Origin: an uncultured Burkholderiales bacterium
GTDB taxonomy: Bacteria > Actinomycetota > Acidimicrobiia > IMCC26256 > JAGPDB01
Length of the DNA stretch: 64,000 nt
Reading direction: 5' to 3'
NCBI GenBank assembly: GCA_964516875.1
Contig: CAZFAO010000007.1
Coordinates: 1,464-65,463 of the forward strand
In this document: in pieces, positions 1 through 7,662 of the stretch
Layout of the letters: the number at the start of each line of letters is the position of its first letter
Position numbering within the stretch: position 1 is the first letter of the stretch
Translations under genes and position numbers: made by a program
Notes under the pieces: model-generated
The model's input: only the letters and a program-made list of their open reading frames with translations
Told to the model about the DNA's origin: nothing
Databases searched by the model: none

Positions 1-398
1 CAGAAACAACCTCGTCGTCATCATCACCAACAACGTCACAAACTACATCTCCAACAACGTCTCGTCCTGTAAGCACGACTCAACCCACAGCAACAACAAT
101 TCCTCAAGGGGAAGTAAACGCACTGACTCAGCTCAACCCATTGACTGCGCCGATCGCTAAAGCAAAAGAAAATGCGAGTCATCCTGAAACCGTTCGCACG
201 GAAGTAAAATCAGCATCGGCTACTCGTCAACCGGTACTGAAAAATCTCTCACCGACAGACAACAATATGTTCGACGCAATCTTGTTGCTCCTCATTGCAC
301 TCGCAATCATCATCTACACACAGCGAGAAAAAATACGTGACTTGATTCATCGCGAAAAGTCAGTCATCTCTCACTCCTCACCACCTAAGTGGCATTAG
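1..398 (+). CDS. C-terminal end of a surface protein (5' end cut by window edge); paralog of the 560..3895 product
   Basis: Frame 3 is open from base 3 (ETTSSSSSPTTSQTTSPTTS..., a Thr/Ser/Pro stalk) to TAG at 396-398. The last ~50 aa (RQPVLKNLSPTDNN-MFDAILLLLIALAIIIYTQREKIRDLIHREKSVISHSSPPKWH) align position-for-position with the C-terminus of the next gene, and the DNA is also clearly similar. Confidence 0.65.
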   Translation, partial: ETTSSSSSPTTSQTTSPTTSRPVSTTQPTATTIPQGEVNALTQLNPLTAPIAKAKENASHPETVRTEVKSASATRQPVLKNLSPTDNNMFDAILLLLIALAIIIYTQREKIRDLIHREKSVISHSSPPKWH

Positions 399-559
399 TT
401 TCTTGACGTAGCCCGAGTGCACACACATCAAATTCTGATGTTATTTGTAATCGGAATTATCCGCACAGCGCGAATAAAACAACAGCCACTTTCTGTCTTA
501 TGTATATATAGTCATAATGAACTATGTTGAAAAAGCCCTGATAAGTCGACATTATTAGG

Positions 560-3500
560 GTGATAGGGGTTAATGCATCGACGCGACTAAAAACGGGAGT
601 AAACACGCTCACCCGGTTCTCCATGCCGCTCATAATTATCGCAACATTCTTCTCTTTTCTTATCATCAACACAGCTCAAGCGACACCGTATCACGAACTT
701 GTTTTGTCTCCCAGTTACGCACCTGATGAATATGTGACTACGTGGGAAACGTATGTTCCTCCGGGAACCACTGACAACAGAATAGCTATCGCACTCGACA
801 TTGAAAACAGTTCATCTGTTGTCGTCGACTGGGGTGACGGAGCAGTTGAAACCAACGTAACACTCGAGACTCCTTCTCATCTTTATGCCGAGCCGGGCAT
901 ATACGAAATTAAAATTTCGGGTGGTCTGACATACTTTACGACTCTGCGATCTTATGGAAAGCTTCTCTCCGTCGAACAATGGGGATCAACTCCATGGTCA
1001 TACATGGGAGAAATGTTTCGTGGAGCACAACACATTGTTTTTAACGCACTAGATGTTCCTGATCTCAGCAACGTCGCAAGCATGTACCGAATGTTCTTTG
1101 GCGCTTCATCATTCAATTCAAACATCAACAACTGGGATGTATCCAACATCATTGATATGCATGAAATGTTTTCTAGCGCAACAGCATTTAACCAACCGCT
1201 GAACGACTGGGACACATCGAGCGTCACCAATATGAGTGAAATGTTTCACTATGCATCAGCATTTAATCAACCGCTCGATAACTGGGACGTGAGCAATGTC
1301 ATCGACATGGGCTCAATGTTTTGGGGCGCTACAGCATTCAACCAAAATATCAACACGTGGGATACAGGCAATGTCACTTCGACTGGCCACATGTTCGCTA
1401 ATGCGAGTTCATTTAATCAACCGTTAGATCAGTGGGATGTCTCGAACGTTACGTACACGACGGCAATGTTTGAAGGAGCGGCTTCATTCAACCAAAATAT
1501 CAACACATGGAATACGGAAAGCCTGATATCAACTGCCGCAATGTTCGCTATTGCATCGTCATTCAATCAGCCCCTCAACAACTGGGACACATCCAACGTC
1601 ACCGACACCAGAGAAATGTTTCGGGGCGCACGAGTATTTAACCAACCGCTTGACAACTGGGACACATCCAACGTCACCGATATGAGCTCTATGTTTGACG
1701 CTGCATGGGTATTTAATCAACCCCTTGATAGTTGGGATACGAGCAACGTCACCACCATGAGCGACATGTTCTATTACGCAGCAGTATTCAACCAATCACT
1801 CAATATTTGGGACACATCCAACGTCACCGATATGAGTTCTATGTTTTACGGCGCACGAGAGTTTAACCAACAGCTCAACGGCTGGGACACGAACAACGTT
1901 ACAACCATGGCTGAAATGTTTGCTGGGGCAATGTCTTTTGACCAGTCGCTTGCTAGCTGGGATGTATCCAATGTTACAGACATGACAAACATATTTGGCG
2001 GACGCGAGGGTGACGATCCTTATTATGATGCGATTTTAAGTTCCACCAACTACGATGCCACCCTTAGCGCATGGAGCGGACTTACATTACAAGGTAACGT
2101 AACTTTTAACGCACGCGGTTCGTATTATTGCGAGGCTGAAAATGCTCGTGAATCAATTATCACTAACTTCAATTGGACAATCATAGATGAAGGGAAAGAA
2201 TGCCCAATTGAATTTGAAGAAAGCGACCTCTTCATTACGACATGGCAGACCGACAACCCCGGCTTTAGTTATGGCTCTGTGTCTCTCAGCGCAGACGAAG
2301 ACTATTCCTATCGGTACTATGTCGATTGGGGGGATGGAAATACGGACATGAACGTGAAGTCCGGAATTTCTCATGACTATGCTGAACCTGGAGTCTATAC
2401 AGTCAAAATTGCTGGCGATTACCCTCAGTTTGGCGCAAGCCACCTGACAAAGCTTCTCTCTGTTGAACAATGGGGAACAATCCAATGGGAAACCACAGAA
2501 TATATGTTTAGCGAGGCCTTGAATGTCGTTATTAATGCGACCGATATTCCTGATCTCAGTAGCGTGTCGAGCATGGAAAGAATGTTCTATGACATCTCTT
2601 CGATCAATTCGAACATCAACAACTGGGATGTATCCAACGTCACAAACATGAACGGAACGTTTTGGGGAGTCTCTTCGTTCAACCAACCACTCAACAACTG
2701 GGACGTATCCAACGTCACAGACATGCGCGGGATTTTTTGGGGCGCAACGTCTTTTAATCAACCCCTCAACAACTGGGACACGAGCAACGTCACAGACATG
2801 CGCGGAATGTTTGGTTTTGCATCATCTTTCAACCAACCACTCAACAACTGGGACACATCCAATGTCACAGGCATGACCGCAATGTTTGGGGGAGCCTCAT
2901 CCTTCAATCAACCTCTCAACAACTGGGATGTATCGAACGTCACAGACATGAGCGAAATGTTCACTCAAGCCACATCTTTCAACCAACCACTCAACAACTG
3001 GGACACATCCAATGTCACAGGCATGACCGAAATGTTCTCTCAAGCCACATCATTCAATCAACCTCTCAACAACTGGGACGTGAGCAACACCACAAACATG
3101 CTCGGAATGTTTTCAAGTGCTGAAAACTTTGATCAATCTCTTGGCAGCTGGGATGTGAGCAATGCGACCGATATGAGATACATGTTTGGCAACTACGATG
3201 AACTAATTGAAAATGCTATGGGTGATACCCCCTACTCAGAATGGCCAGAATATATTAGAGATATGTACGGCCTTCCCCTATCTGGTCTCTCCGTTGAAAA
3301 TTACGATGACACGCTAAATTCATGGAGTCAACTCGATCTTCTCGACGATATTATCTTCGATGGCGGAACGAGCCAATTCTGTGACGCTGAAGGTGAACGA
3401 CAATCAATAATCTCTGATTTTGGATGGACTATAAACGATGCCGGAAACGGATGCATCACACCAGAAGAAGAAACGCCCCCAACAACCACAGTGGCAACAA

Positions 3501-3895
3501 CTGTTACAACAACTCCCGCTCACGTCACCACGACCCCCACCACAACACCAACTCCGTCGACAATTCCCTCGACAGCGCCCGCGAAAACAGCAACAACAAC
3601 ACCAGGCTCACTGCTCAATTTCCCAGGCAGCAGCACAGATAATCTTCCCGTTGTCAAAGCAGAAGAAGCACTCGAGTACATAGCGAAAGCACAAACAAAA
3701 GCCCTTGCCAAACGAGACGTACGTCAACCATTACTGGGGAACTACTCCCCCACAAACAACAACGCATACGACGCAATCTTGTTGCTCTTGCTAGCACTCG
3801 CCGTCATAGCGTACACGCAGCGACAAAAAATACGTGACATGATTCATCGAGAAAAATCAGTTATCTCTCACCACTCACCACCAAAATGGAAATAG
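560..3895 (+). CDS. Large secreted DUF285/BspA-type repeat surface protein with two [PKD-like VDWGDG module + 25-aa repeat array + Cys-capped domain] units, a Thr/Pro stalk and a C-terminal TM anchor
   Basis: 1111-aa ORF with a GTG start at 560. The N-terminus has basic residues, then a hydrophobic stretch ending AQA, which looks like a signal peptide (an in-frame ATG at 623 is an alternative start). About 22 repeats follow the pattern MFxxAxxFNQPLxxWDxSNVTxMxx, typical of DUF285 / bacterial surface protein ~26-residue repeats. There are two VDWGDG...H.YAEPG.Y.(I/V)KI.G motifs, a TTPTTTPTPST stalk, and a C-terminal helix AILLLLLALAVIAY followed by a basic tail. Confidence 0.85.
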   Translation: MIGVNASTRLKTGVNTLTRFSMPLIIIATFFSFLIINTAQATPYHELVLSPSYAPDEYVTTWETYVPPGTTDNRIAIALDIENSSSVVVDWGDGAVETNVTLETPSHLYAEPGIYEIKISGGLTYFTTLRSYGKLLSVEQWGSTPWSYMGEMFRGAQHIVFNALDVPDLSNVASMYRMFFGASSFNSNINNWDVSNIIDMHEMFSSATAFNQPLNDWDTSSVTNMSEMFHYASAFNQPLDNWDVSNVIDMGSMFWGATAFNQNINTWDTGNVTSTGHMFANASSFNQPLDQWDVSNVTYTTAMFEGAASFNQNINTWNTESLISTAAMFAIASSFNQPLNNWDTSNVTDTREMFRGARVFNQPLDNWDTSNVTDMSSMFDAAWVFNQPLDSWDTSNVTTMSDMFYYAAVFNQSLNIWDTSNVTDMSSMFYGAREFNQQLNGWDTNNVTTMAEMFAGAMSFDQSLASWDVSNVTDMTNIFGGREGDDPYYDAILSSTNYDATLSAWSGLTLQGNVTFNARGSYYCEAENARESIITNFNWTIIDEGKECPIEFEESDLFITTWQTDNPGFSYGSVSLSADEDYSYRYYVDWGDGNTDMNVKSGISHDYAEPGVYTVKIAGDYPQFGASHLTKLLSVEQWGTIQWETTEYMFSEALNVVINATDIPDLSSVSSMERMFYDISSINSNINNWDVSNVTNMNGTFWGVSSFNQPLNNWDVSNVTDMRGIFWGATSFNQPLNNWDTSNVTDMRGMFGFASSFNQPLNNWDTSNVTGMTAMFGGASSFNQPLNNWDVSNVTDMSEMFTQATSFNQPLNNWDTSNVTGMTEMFSQATSFNQPLNNWDVSNTTNMLGMFSSAENFDQSLGSWDVSNATDMRYMFGNYDELIENAMGDTPYSEWPEYIRDMYGLPLSGLSVENYDDTLNSWSQLDLLDDIIFDGGTSQFCDAEGERQSIISDFGWTINDAGNGCITPEEETPPTTTVATTVTTTPAHVTTTPTTTPTPSTIPSTAPAKTATTTPGSLLNFPGSSTDNLPVVKAEEALEYIAKAQTKALAKRDVRQPLLGNYSPTNNNAYDAILLLLLALAVIAYTQRQKIRDMIHREKSVISHHSPPKWK
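1013..2003 (+). repeat. Coding tandem-repeat array 1 (~13 x 75 nt / 25 aa)
   Basis: The translation shows 13 consecutive units starting MF.. and ending ..NVT.M.., with a 75-nt period. Confidence 0.8.
2505..3194 (+). repeat. Coding tandem-repeat array 2 (~9 x 75 nt) with stretches identical at the DNA level
   Basis: 2825-2879 is identical to 2975-3029 (55 nt). The string ttcaatcaacctctcaacaactggga recurs at 2903 and 3053. The string aaccaaccactcaacaactgggac also occurs at ~2681. Confidence 0.85.
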
Positions 3896-3920
3896 TTTTG
3901 ATGTTCGCACGAATGTCGTT

Positions 3921-5312
3921 TCAATAATCGCCATCGCTTACACGTTCGTATACAGATGTGCTCTCGAGTGGATCAGCAAAATCGAGAGTGCACATTTTTT
4001 CTTGTGCACTTGGCCCAAACGAACGAATCACAATCGGTGCATCCAGTGCTTTTTCAATGTGCTCCTCTAGTTCTTGGATGCACGTTATTGTTTCGAGAAC
4101 GGGGGTTGCCTGCGCGCACGCCTGCGCTAAAAGCTGCTGGCGATTTAAATCACGCTTGTTTCCGGGAATGATTCGAGTATTGCCAGAATCTGTTGGCTCA
4201 AAAAGTTCTTCAAAAATATCGACGTCACTGTATTGATTACAGATTTTCCAATCTTGGCCCACCCAATCACATCCGGTGAGAACAATTCCATCAACTCCGC
4301 CTGCCACTTCACAAGCGTAACGATGAGCGACGAGATCTAACCATCCCATGCGAAAACTTCCCTGCCACTCGCCACATCCGTTGTGCATTTCGTTGATTGA
4401 TTCTTCCAGTTTCGGGTCATGTGTCACGAGCGGTCCTGCACCATGACGAGTTGTATATGTTCTCATCACACCCAAGCGCACAACCTCACCATCAAATCCA
4501 ATGTCATTCAACAACGTGAACGCATTTTCGTGCGTCGTTGTACTCCAGGTCGTATACGGATGGAAACCAAACCATTCATCGAGCAACACGCCTTGCGCGC
4601 CCTCAAAAATGATTGTTTCTTGGGCGTGTGTGTGCAGTGCGAAGTCGCGGTTGTTGATAATGAAAACTTTGTCCGCCCATGTTCTGTATTCGCTAGCTAA
4701 TTGTTCGATAAGTGTGTCGTCGGAAAAAAGTGGAGAATCTAATGCATCAAAGTGAACACCTGACTCCGTGCCGAGAAGATGTAGCTGGCCCCGTTTGTAA
4801 TCGCGAAGTTTGCGCAAACGCATTGTGAGATTGCCCGTTATATCTTTAACGCGAAGAACAAGATTGGGTGCATCAAGCGAGTCACATTGCGTCTCTCCCA
4901 CTCCCTGACCACAACTTCCGTGAGCATTGCCGGCCCGATGCGTTTCACGGATGCGATTCATTGATACTTGCCACGGCGTGATGATGAGGGCATCAGAATC
5001 AACACTGGTGCGATCCCAAATATCATGGACGCCAAGGTCGATCAAATGTTGAGCTTCTGTCATCATGTTCAATGGATTGATCAACATGAATCGCGAAAGA
5101 TGTGTACGGGATGTGGAAACAAAACTTCCCGACCCAAATTGTGCAAAGGTGTGATGGCGTCCGTCGGGTGTGATGACATTGTGCGCGGCTTGCGCCCCTC
5201 CGCAATGACGAACAACGAGTGATGATGCGCACTGTCGAGCGAGAAAATCGACAGTCGTTCCCTTACCCGCATCGCCGTACCCGAGATCCGTGACAATAAA
5301 CGCTTTGCCCAT
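3921..5312 (-). CDS. Divergent PurA-family (adenylosuccinate synthetase-like) GTP-dependent ligase, probably not the housekeeping PurA
   Basis: 463 aa. PurA landmarks recognised: GDAGKGT (P-loop GDEGKGK), GGAQAAH (GGHNAGH), FEGAQGVLLD (FEGAQGTLLD), YTTRHGAGP (YSTRVGAGP), GWLD, SFGP (STGP). The GATTGRRRR aspartate loop is replaced by CGEWQGSFR. SD-like AAAGGGA lies upstream of the ATG. Confidence 0.75.
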   Translation of the reverse strand: MGKAFIVTDLGYGDAGKGTTVDFLARQCASSLVVRHCGGAQAAHNVITPDGRHHTFAQFGSGSFVSTSRTHLSRFMLINPLNMMTEAQHLIDLGVHDIWDRTSVDSDALIITPWQVSMNRIRETHRAGNAHGSCGQGVGETQCDSLDAPNLVLRVKDITGNLTMRLRKLRDYKRGQLHLLGTESGVHFDALDSPLFSDDTLIEQLASEYRTWADKVFIINNRDFALHTHAQETIIFEGAQGVLLDEWFGFHPYTTWSTTTHENAFTLLNDIGFDGEVVRLGVMRTYTTRHGAGPLVTHDPKLEESINEMHNGCGEWQGSFRMGWLDLVAHRYACEVAGGVDGIVLTGCDWVGQDWKICNQYSDVDIFEELFEPTDSGNTRIIPGNKRDLNRQQLLAQACAQATPVLETITCIQELEEHIEKALDAPIVIRSFGPSAQEKMCTLDFADPLESTSVYERVSDGDY

Positions 5313-5346
5313 TTAATCCCTTTCGTTCGCGGATCAGACCCGCTTA

Positions 5347-5379
5347 TGCTGCGCGCTCTCCCCTCGAGAGCACACAGCA
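5347..5379 (-). promoter_or_regulatory. Intercistronic RNA hairpin between the vWA and PurA-like genes
   Basis: Minus-sense ugcugugugcucuc-gaggg-gagagcgcgcagca forms a 14-bp stem (2 G.U pairs) with a 5-nt loop. No U-tract follows, so it is not a canonical terminator. Confidence 0.4.
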
Positions 5380-5394
5380 ATATCTCCGCAGCGC

Positions 5395-6447
5395 CTACAC
5401 GCGAGATGAACCCAATCCTCGACCTGCGTCGACATCGAGATCCGGCAGCGAACCACTCGCGCGGGCAACCTGGCCACCCTTGCTCGGTTTGTTTACCACG
5501 GAAGAATTTGGATCGATGACCGCAAGCGCAGAACCAACAGCTTTGCGTTGCGCGCTCGTTGCACCTAACTCTTTGAGGTCGTCATCGACAATATCTGGCG
5601 TCACTTTGTGTTCAAGCACTCCCACAATTCCCGCAATGGTGTCACACACTGCAGCAGGGTCGTTCAACACAAGAGCGCGTTCACCAAGAAGTTTTCGCCA
5701 TTCCGGCAAAATGTCATCTTGATGGTACATGCCTTGTTCTTGAAAGAGAAAGAACACCTCATATTGTTCTTGCAACTTTGCAAATACCTCAGCAGTGGAA
5801 ACATTTGCCTCCGCGCCGAGACCAGCATATTTTTTCAAGTGTTCTTTTCTCACTTTGTCATACGGCTTTTCATCGCCGATGAAAAAGAGATAGCCCTTTC
5901 GTCCTTGTTTCTCGGCACTCTCAAGATACGTATGATACGCGTGCAAATACGCAAGCAATTCATACGTTTCATGCGTTTGTCCACCTCCGTTGCCCTCCAA
6001 GACCATTGCCTCGAGTTGGGCATCAATTCGGTTGTCGCTTTCAAACTGTCCAAACTGAACCGGAAAGCGATCTGTATAAGCATCACCCGTTGCCGACACA
6101 TTGATTTGCGGATCATCCACATACCCTTTGGTCTGCAACAGCGAAAACAGCTTCGGCAAACTTGCGTGCGTTGTGCGCGCCGCTGCGATGTTCGAACCCG
6201 TCACGTCGAGGACAATTCCTATTGCCGTTGGATTCGGATGTTCGTCGGTAATCATGACTTCCCTCATGACCTGTCCTGCGTGCGGGCTTGTTGGGCCTGC
6301 AACAGTTTTTGCGTCAAGCAGCGCGTTGACCGCACTCGCTCGACCTGATCGGACTTCGTAATCGTGTCCGAATGTCGGAGCGTTCGTCGCCTTTTTGGCT
6401 TTCACGCTCGAGTCGTATGTTCCTACATTCCAGCTTCCGCCACCCAT
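5395..6447 (-). CDS. von Willebrand factor type A (vWA) domain protein with an intact-looking MIDAS
   Basis: 350 aa. It has VLDVTGS (DxTxS), a later EGNGGGQTHE (GGxT) and FFIGDEKP (xxDG/E-like), in the order and spacing expected for vWA. A perfect SD (AAGGAG) lies 6 nt upstream of the ATG at 6447. Confidence 0.7.
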   Translation of the reverse strand: MGGGSWNVGTYDSSVKAKKATNAPTFGHDYEVRSGRASAVNALLDAKTVAGPTSPHAGQVMREVMITDEHPNPTAIGIVLDVTGSNIAAARTTHASLPKLFSLLQTKGYVDDPQINVSATGDAYTDRFPVQFGQFESDNRIDAQLEAMVLEGNGGGQTHETYELLAYLHAYHTYLESAEKQGRKGYLFFIGDEKPYDKVRKEHLKKYAGLGAEANVSTAEVFAKLQEQYEVFFLFQEQGMYHQDDILPEWRKLLGERALVLNDPAAVCDTIAGIVGVLEHKVTPDIVDDDLKELGATSAQRKAVGSALAVIDPNSSVVNKPSKGGQVARASGSLPDLDVDAGRGLGSSRV

Positions 6448-6501
6448 TATTTCTCCTTACTTTTAAGTGAATATTTCCTCAGTGTTCCCCTTTGTTTTCC
6501 A

Positions 6502-7662
6502 TTACCTCACAATCGAATCAGTGAGTTGGAGGGGTCGGAAAACGCGTGGGTGGAACGGCTTTCCGAGGTTTTCGAGTAGGTCATCAAACTCGGCTAAAAG
6601 TCTGAAGGCATTATCAGGTCGCCCCATCTGTGAAGCGACGATGCATCCTTTGAAATGTCGCTGCATGGGGACAGGAATGGAATCAGGAAGTTCACCGGTA
6701 AGAGGATTTCCTCCACAGAGAAAGATCATTGACCGCGCAGCCATGGCGATGTCGGTTCCGGCATTCGGTGATATTTTCTCGGTGACTTCTAAAGGATACC
6801 AGTCGCGATATTTATCAACGACTGCTTGGATAGGAGTAAGAGCAGATTTTTTTTCGGTGCTGGAATAGCACCAGTCGATGAGAATCACGCCATGTTTTTC
6901 TGGCTCAATCAAAATGTTTGTGGGAACAACGGCGCCGTGAACAATTCCGTTGTCGTGAGCAAAACCAATCGCACATAAAAGGCGACGCCAGATCCACGCC
7001 ATGTGCTTGGGATCTAAACCTCGCGGGAAATACTCGTCTTTGAGTTGTGCGAGATTCACAAAGTTCTTGTCAACAAGTGCAATGACATTTGCTTGACGAT
7101 TGGGTTTTCCCGTTTCGGCAAACGCAAAAGAATCAACCAATGTCGAGACAAAGGGGCGCCACTGCTCTTCGGCTGTGTCACTGCCAAGAATACGAAGCGC
7201 TTTTTCTTCTGCTTGCATCAAATCGTTATCAATCGAACTGCGCACAATTTTGACGAGCGTTGGCGTTGTTGCGCCCGCAATTTCTGATTCCGCGAGATAC
7301 ACGTCGGCTATATCCCCTGTGGCAAAACCTTTGATGATTCTGTGTGTTGCGAGTTTTGTCTCAATCTCAGCAAGAGGTTTAACCTCTCCGTAGGTATCGT
7401 TGTTGATTGCGTCGTGAGCTTTGTGGTGCATGTCCGTCATGCGAGTAAATGCTTGTTCTGCAAGCGCCTTTTGGTCAGGATCGGGATAGAGATCAGGATG
7501 GAGAACGCGCGCGATTCGTCGGTACTCGCGATTAAGATTTTTTTGGCGAGTTGTGTTGTCTTTGCCAAGATCACCAAAGATTTCAACGTACGATGTGGCG
7601 TCGAGAACGAGCTTTGCAGCAACTGCTAGCGAATATCCCCCATCGTTGACCACGCAGTACAC
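6502..7662 (-). CDS. J-domain (DnaJ N-terminal-like, HPD present) fused to a protein-kinase-like domain with a degenerate catalytic loop
   Basis: 386 aa with a GTG start. The N-terminus reads SYVEIFGDLG...LNREYRRIARVLHPDLYPD...AFTRMTDMHHKAHDAI, a J-domain pattern with HPD. The C-terminal part carries TLVKIV (VAIK-like Lys), QAEEKAL (alphaC Glu), HDNGIVHGAVVPTNILI (HRDxKxxN with HRD changed to HGA) and ILIDW (DFG changed to IDW). Confidence 0.65.
   Translation of the reverse strand: MYCVVNDGGYSLAVAAKLVLDATSYVEIFGDLGKDNTTRQKNLNREYRRIARVLHPDLYPDPDQKALAEQAFTRMTDMHHKAHDAINNDTYGEVKPLAEIETKLATHRIIKGFATGDIADVYLAESEIAGATTPTLVKIVRSSIDNDLMQAEEKALRILGSDTAEEQWRPFVSTLVDSFAFAETGKPNRQANVIALVDKNFVNLAQLKDEYFPRGLDPKHMAWIWRRLLCAIGFAHDNGIVHGAVVPTNILIEPEKHGVILIDWCYSSTEKKSALTPIQAVVDKYRDWYPLEVTEKISPNAGTDIAMAARSMIFLCGGNPLTGELPDSIPVPMQRHFKGCIVASQMGRPDNAFRLLAEFDDLLENLGKPFHPRVFRPLQLTDSIVR

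Noticed and set aside
2153-2761. 202-aa minus-strand ORF antisense to the BspA-like gene. Similar antisense ORFs lie at 952-1230 and 1559-1795.
   Set aside because: It is a product of the periodic repeat sequence on the opposite strand. It has no SD and no recognisable motifs, while the plus-strand frame carries a clear domain architecture.
1013-3194. Regular 75-nt periodic repeats that could superficially resemble a CRISPR or other non-coding array.
   Set aside because: They lie in one long ORF and translate into the DUF285-type 25-aa repeat. There is no repeat/unique-spacer alternation, and no cas genes are present.
3424-3711. Short ORFs (72, 81 and 63 aa) within the Thr/Pro stalk region.
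   Set aside because: They are alternative-frame and antisense readings of a low-complexity ACN/CCN-rich stalk inside the 1111-aa gene.
3921-5312. The idea that the PurA-like gene is a phage PurZ (2-aminoadenine 'Z-genome' pathway).
   Set aside because: There are no neighbouring DatZ/MazZ-like genes, DNA polymerase or other phage genes. PurZ still uses aspartate, whereas the aspartate loop here looks lost. I kept PurZ only as a precedent for substrate-shifted PurA homologs.
6181-6200. A GTTCGAACCC string resembling a tRNA T-arm.
   Set aside because: It lies inside the vWA coding frame, and I could draw no flanking acceptor or anticodon stems.
5608-6348. 246-aa plus-strand ORF antisense to the vWA gene.
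   Set aside because: The translation is low-complexity and Arg/Cys/Phe-rich with no motifs. The minus-strand frame has MIDAS motifs and a perfect SD.
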